A stretch of DNA of 64,000 bases from Eledone cirrhosa. Its lineage: Eukaryota. Below are positions 59,568 to 64,000 of this stretch, one piece after another (position 1 is the first letter of the stretch; every line of letters begins with the position of its first letter). Made by a program: the position numbers and the translations under genes. The notes beneath the pieces were generated by a model. It saw only the letters and a list, made by a program, of their open reading frames with translations, was not told where the DNA came from and ran no database searches. The stretch lies in contig OZ024743.1 in the NCBI GenBank assembly GCA_964016885.1, positions 299,336,001-299,400,000 of the forward strand. The letters run 5' to 3'.

Positions 59568-59725
59568 AGGGAAGTGGCAGAGCCGTTAGAACGTTGGATA
59601 GAATGCTTTATGGTATTTGTTCCGGCTTTTTGCTCTCTGAGTTCAAATACGGCTGGGGTTAACTTTGCCTTTCATCCTTTCGAGGTCGATAAAATAAAGT
59701 ACAAATCTAGTACTGGGGTAAATTC
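59568..59725 (+). mobile_element. SINE
   Basis: gtggcagagccgttagaacgttgg...ctgagttcaaat...ctttgcctttcatcctttcgaggtcgataaaataaagtac. Confidence 0.8.
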
Positions 59726-59894
59726 TTCCTCTATATCTCTTTCTCATTTCCTCTCTCTCACTTTCAATCTTTCTCTGGAAGAAATCTGCTATACTCAGTC
59801 GTAGAGAGTGGTGGGCTCCACCAGGCTATACATATCCAGGAAACGCCGTATGTGAATACAGCGCCCCTACTCTTCTAGGATTTACGGTACCATA

Positions 59895-60073
<179 letters not shown>

Positions 60074-60193
60074 TATAGACATAGAATATTCGAAAATATT
60101 CTGTATGTTTATAATAAACATTTTGAAGACCTAATCGCTATAGAATAGAATACGTCACGTATTACAATTAGATTCTCGATAAAAGCAAGGGAA

Positions 60194-60236
60194 GTAATCT
60201 ACGCGTTTCATTCTCGTTAGAAATCATCAGGACTAC
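60194..60236 (-). ncRNA. Array hammerhead (also 60504-60546 and 60814-60856, minus)
   Basis: Reverse complement gtagtc-CTGATGA-tttctaacgagaat-GAAAC-gc-GTA-gattac. Confidence 0.85.
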
Positions 60237-61350
60237 ATATCCAGTGCTTTTATCGAGAATGACACAGCTAGAGACTTATAGAATACTTAGCTGTGTACAG
60301 GAACTGGTTTGAAAGAGCGGTTGCCGGTCCGGCAGAAATTAGAAATTGGAATAAATGCTCTGAAATAGCGATATATATGTGAATATAGACATAGAATATT
60401 CGAAAATATTCTGTATGTTTATAATAAACATTTTGAAGACCTAATCGCTATAGAATAGAATACGTCACGTATTACAATTAGATTCTCGATAAAAGCAAGG
60501 GAAGTAATCTACGCGTTTCATTCTCGTTAGAAATCATCAGGACTACATATCCAGTGCTTTTATCGAGAATGACACAGCTAGAGACTTATAGAATACTTAG
60601 CTGTGTACAGGGACTGGTTTGAAAGAGCGGTTGCCGGTCCGGCAGAAATTAGAAATTGGAATAAATGCTCTGAAATAGCGATATATATGTGAATATAGAC
60701 ATAGAATATTCGAAAATATTCTGTATGTTTATAATAAACATTTTGAAGACCTAATCGCTATAGAATAGAATACGTCACGTATTACAATTAGATTCTCGAT
60801 AAAAGCAAGGGAAGTAATCTACGCGTTTCATTCTCGTTAGAAATCATCAGGACTACATATCCAGTGCTTTTATCGAGAATGACACAGCTAGAGACTTATA
60901 GAATACTTAGCTGTGTACAGGAACTGGTTTGAAAGAGCGGTTGCCGGTCCGGCAGAAATTAGAAATTGGAATAAATGCTCTGAAATAGCGATATATATGT
61001 GAATATAGACATAGAATATTCGAAAATATTCTGTATGTTTATAATAAACATTTTGAAGACCTAATCGCTATAGAATAGAATACGTCACGTATTACAATTA
61101 GATTCTCGATAAAAGCAAGGGAAGTATTCTATTCTATAGCGATTAGGTCTTCAAAATGTTTATTATAAACATACAGAATATTTTCGAATATTCTATGTCT
61201 ATATTCACATATATATCGCTATTTCAGAGCATTTATTCCAATTTCTAATTTCTGCCGGACCGGCAACCGCTCTTTCAAACCAGTTCCTGTACACAGCTAA
61301 GTATTCTATAAGTCTCTAGCTGTGTCATTCTCGATAAAAGCACTGGATAT

Positions 61351-61393
61351 GTAGTCCTGATGATTTCTAACGAGAATGAAACGCGTAGATTAC
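61351..61393 (+). ncRNA. Array hammerhead (also 61661-61703, 61971-62013, 62281-62323)
   Basis: gtagtc-CTGATGA-t-ttct-aacg-agaa-t-GAAAC-gc-GTA-gattac; predicted cut after 61387; stem I extended by the perfect 16-bp helix 61327-61342/61400-61415. Confidence 0.85.
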
Positions 61394-62559
61394 TTCCCTT
61401 GCTTTTATCGAGAATCTAATTGTAATACGTGACGTATTCTATTCTATAGCGATTAGGTCTTCAAAATGTTTATTATAAACATACAGAATATTTTCGAATA
61501 TTCTATGTCTATATTCACATATATATCGCTATTTCAGAGCATTTATTCCAATTTCTAATTTCTGCCGGACCGGCAACCGCTCTTTCAAACCAGTTCCTGT
61601 ACACAGCTAAGTATTCTATAAGTCTCTAGCTGTGTCATTCTCGATAAAAGCACTGGATATGTAGTCCTGATGATTTCTAACGAGAATGAAACGCGTAGAT
61701 TACTTCCCTTGCTTTTATCGAGAATCTAATTGTAATACGTGACGTATTCTATTCTATAGCGATTAGGTCTTCAAAATGTTTATTATAAACATACAGAATA
61801 TTTTCGAATATTCTATGTCTATATTCACATATATATCGCTATTTCAGAGCATTTATTCCAATTTCTAATTCCTGCCGGACCGGCAACCGCTCTTTCAAAC
61901 CAGTTCCTGTACACAGCTAAGTATTCTATAAGTCTCTAGCTGTGTCATTCTCGATAAAAGCACTGGATATGTAGTCCTGATGATTTCTAACGAGAATGAA
62001 ACGCGTAGATTACTTCCCTTGCTTTTATCGAGAATCTAATTGTAATACGTGACGTATTCTATTCTATAGCGATTAGGTCTTCAAAATGTTTATTATAAAC
62101 ATACAGAATATTTTCGAATATTCTATGTCTATATTCACATATATATCGCTATTTCAGAGCATTTATTCCAATTTCTAATTTCTGCCGGACCGGCAACCGC
62201 TCTTTCAAACCAGTTCCTGTACACAGCTAAGTATTCTATAAGTCTCTAGCTGTGTCATTCTCGATAAAAGCACTGGATATGTAGTCCTGATGATTTCTAA
62301 CGAGAATGAAACGCGTAGATTACTTCCCTTGCTTTTATCGAGAATCTAATTGTAATACGTGACGTATTCTATTCTATAGCGATTAGGTCTTCAAAATGTT
62401 TATTATAAACATACAGAATATTTTCGAATATTCTATGTCTATATTCACATATATATCGCTATTTCAGAGCATTTATTCCAATTTATATATATATATATAT
62501 TTATATGTATATATATATATATAAATAATAAAATAGAAAGTTCTCGCTCTACATTGCTG

Positions 62560-63445
62560 AATACAATAGATGTAATCTGAGTTTTTCGAATATTAATAAC
62601 ATTCGATACGTTTGCAATTATGCAATCAACCTCAATGTTATAGCCATGTCAGAAGAATGAACCCTTCATTATTGCTCTTGTGTTGGCATGTGAAGAGAAC
62701 TGCAGACACTAATGCTTCTGGGTATCAACCTTCATCAGTACAGCTCACTGTTCACCTGCCAAACTGTCAGAGCTAGTGAAAATATATGCTATTTTCAAAA
62801 ATACACAGTGACTGATTGGCCTGATTTGCATATTTTATTTGACTTTGCCAAATTCAAATGAAAATGAATGTTATTATTGAATGTTATTATTAATATTCGA
62901 AAACCTCAGATTGCATTTATTGTATTCAGCCATGTAGAGCGAACATTTTCTTTTTTATTTGAATTTGGCAAAGCCGGCCATTTACCGCTCGTATACAGGA
63001 AACTGACTGGCCAGTCTGCTGATATGCAAATCTGGCTGATCAGTGGATCTGCTAATACGCAGAATTTGACTGATCAACCAGTCTGCTAGTATCAGGTCGA
63101 TCAGTCACTGTGTATTTTTGAAAATAGCATATATTTTCCCTAGCTCTGACAGTTTGGCAGGTAAACAGTGAGCTGTACTGATGAATGGTGATACCCAGAA
63201 ACATTAGTGTCTGCAGTTCTGTTCACATGCCAACACAAAAGCAAGAATGAAGGGTTTATTCTACTGACATGGCTTTAAAAATGAGGCTTGTTTGCATAAT
63301 TGCAAACGAATCGAATGTTATTATTAATATTCGAAAAGGCCAGCAATTACCCAGTACATAAAGTTCCAGTAATGTACTGGTTAATTGCTGGCCTTGTGCC
63401 AATAGTAGAAACAATTATTAATATTCGAAAAACTCTGATTACATT

Positions 63446-63450
<5 letters not shown>
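62560..63450. mobile_element. Diverged fold-back element with HHR on each arm
   Basis: 62570-62825 inverted versus 63090-63445; SINE-tail insert at 63338-63418. Confidence 0.7.
63172..63217 (+). ncRNA. Type I hammerhead ribozyme (mutated mirror copy 62699-62744 -)
   Basis: gctgta-CTGATGA-atggtgataccca-GAAAC-attagt-GTC-tgcagt. Confidence 0.7.
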
Positions 63451-63477
<27 letters not shown>

Positions 63478-63525
63478 TAAGAGAGTAAAACAAAGAATCC
63501 TTTAATACATCAAAAGTTTTTATTA

Positions 63526-63563
63526 GCCGACAATGTTTCGTCCTATTAAGGACTCATCAGGGC
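63526..63563 (-). ncRNA. Canonical minimal hammerhead ribozyme
   Basis: Minus strand gcc-CTGATGA-gtcc-ttaata-ggac-GAAAC-att-GTC-ggc: perfect core, G-C rich stem II, GUC triplet; ~50 bp from a (TA)n tract. Confidence 0.82.
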
Positions 63564-64000
63564 AATCAAAACAACAAGAGGTAATTTCGGTAGATACAAG
63601 CCAGAAACTCTGAAGAATATGGAGTTTACATACACTAATGTCTTACAAAGATATACGATAATAAAAATGAAGATAAAAATAATAAAATTATAATAACTAA
63701 GGATGTAGATAACATTAAGAACCATATTACAAATATAGTCCAAAGTCACCAACTTAAATTTAAACAAATTTGGTTATATAGAGCAGTATTATATATAACA
63801 CAGTATAATACATTATAATAATAATATATCTATACCAACATTAAAATTCCAAATTAAAAATCAAAAGGTATAATATATACATGTATATATGTGCGCACAC
63901 TCACACACACACACACACATATTACAATACACATATCTATTTTCCATTACACAGAAATTAAGCCCTATTGGAAGTTTGCACATCAAAAATATCAAAAATA

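Overview
AT-rich, microsatellite-saturated eukaryotic DNA. Its SINE and repeat content is typical of an octopus (cephalopod) genome; this assignment is inferred from remembered SINE sequences, not from a search. No intact host gene is recognisable, and most ORFs in the track are microsatellite artefacts. The window is dominated by Penelope-like elements (PLEs) of two clades: a Naiad-like clade (RT YRDD, CxC...CPL...C plus GIY-YIG) and a second clade (RT RYVDD, GIY-YIG). Many short non-autonomous relatives are also present, almost all inserted into (TA)n tracts and often arranged as tails-out palindromes. Reading both strands by eye gives more than 20 type I hammerhead ribozyme (HHR) motifs in roughly ten distinct repeat families. 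The most striking is a near-identical 310-bp tandem-plus-inverted array at 60071-62484 with seven HHRs in a highly structured monomer, a candidate young retrozyme (circular-RNA retroelement). A second retrozyme-like family (36.6-42.7 kb) shows covariation and varies in its core only at the unconstrained N7 position. Remnants of RTE, CR1/L2-like and CRE-like LINEs, a Helitron, Tigger, mariner MITEs, SINEs and a 45-bp Thr/Asn minisatellite are also present. Coordinates were read by hand and may be off by a few bases.
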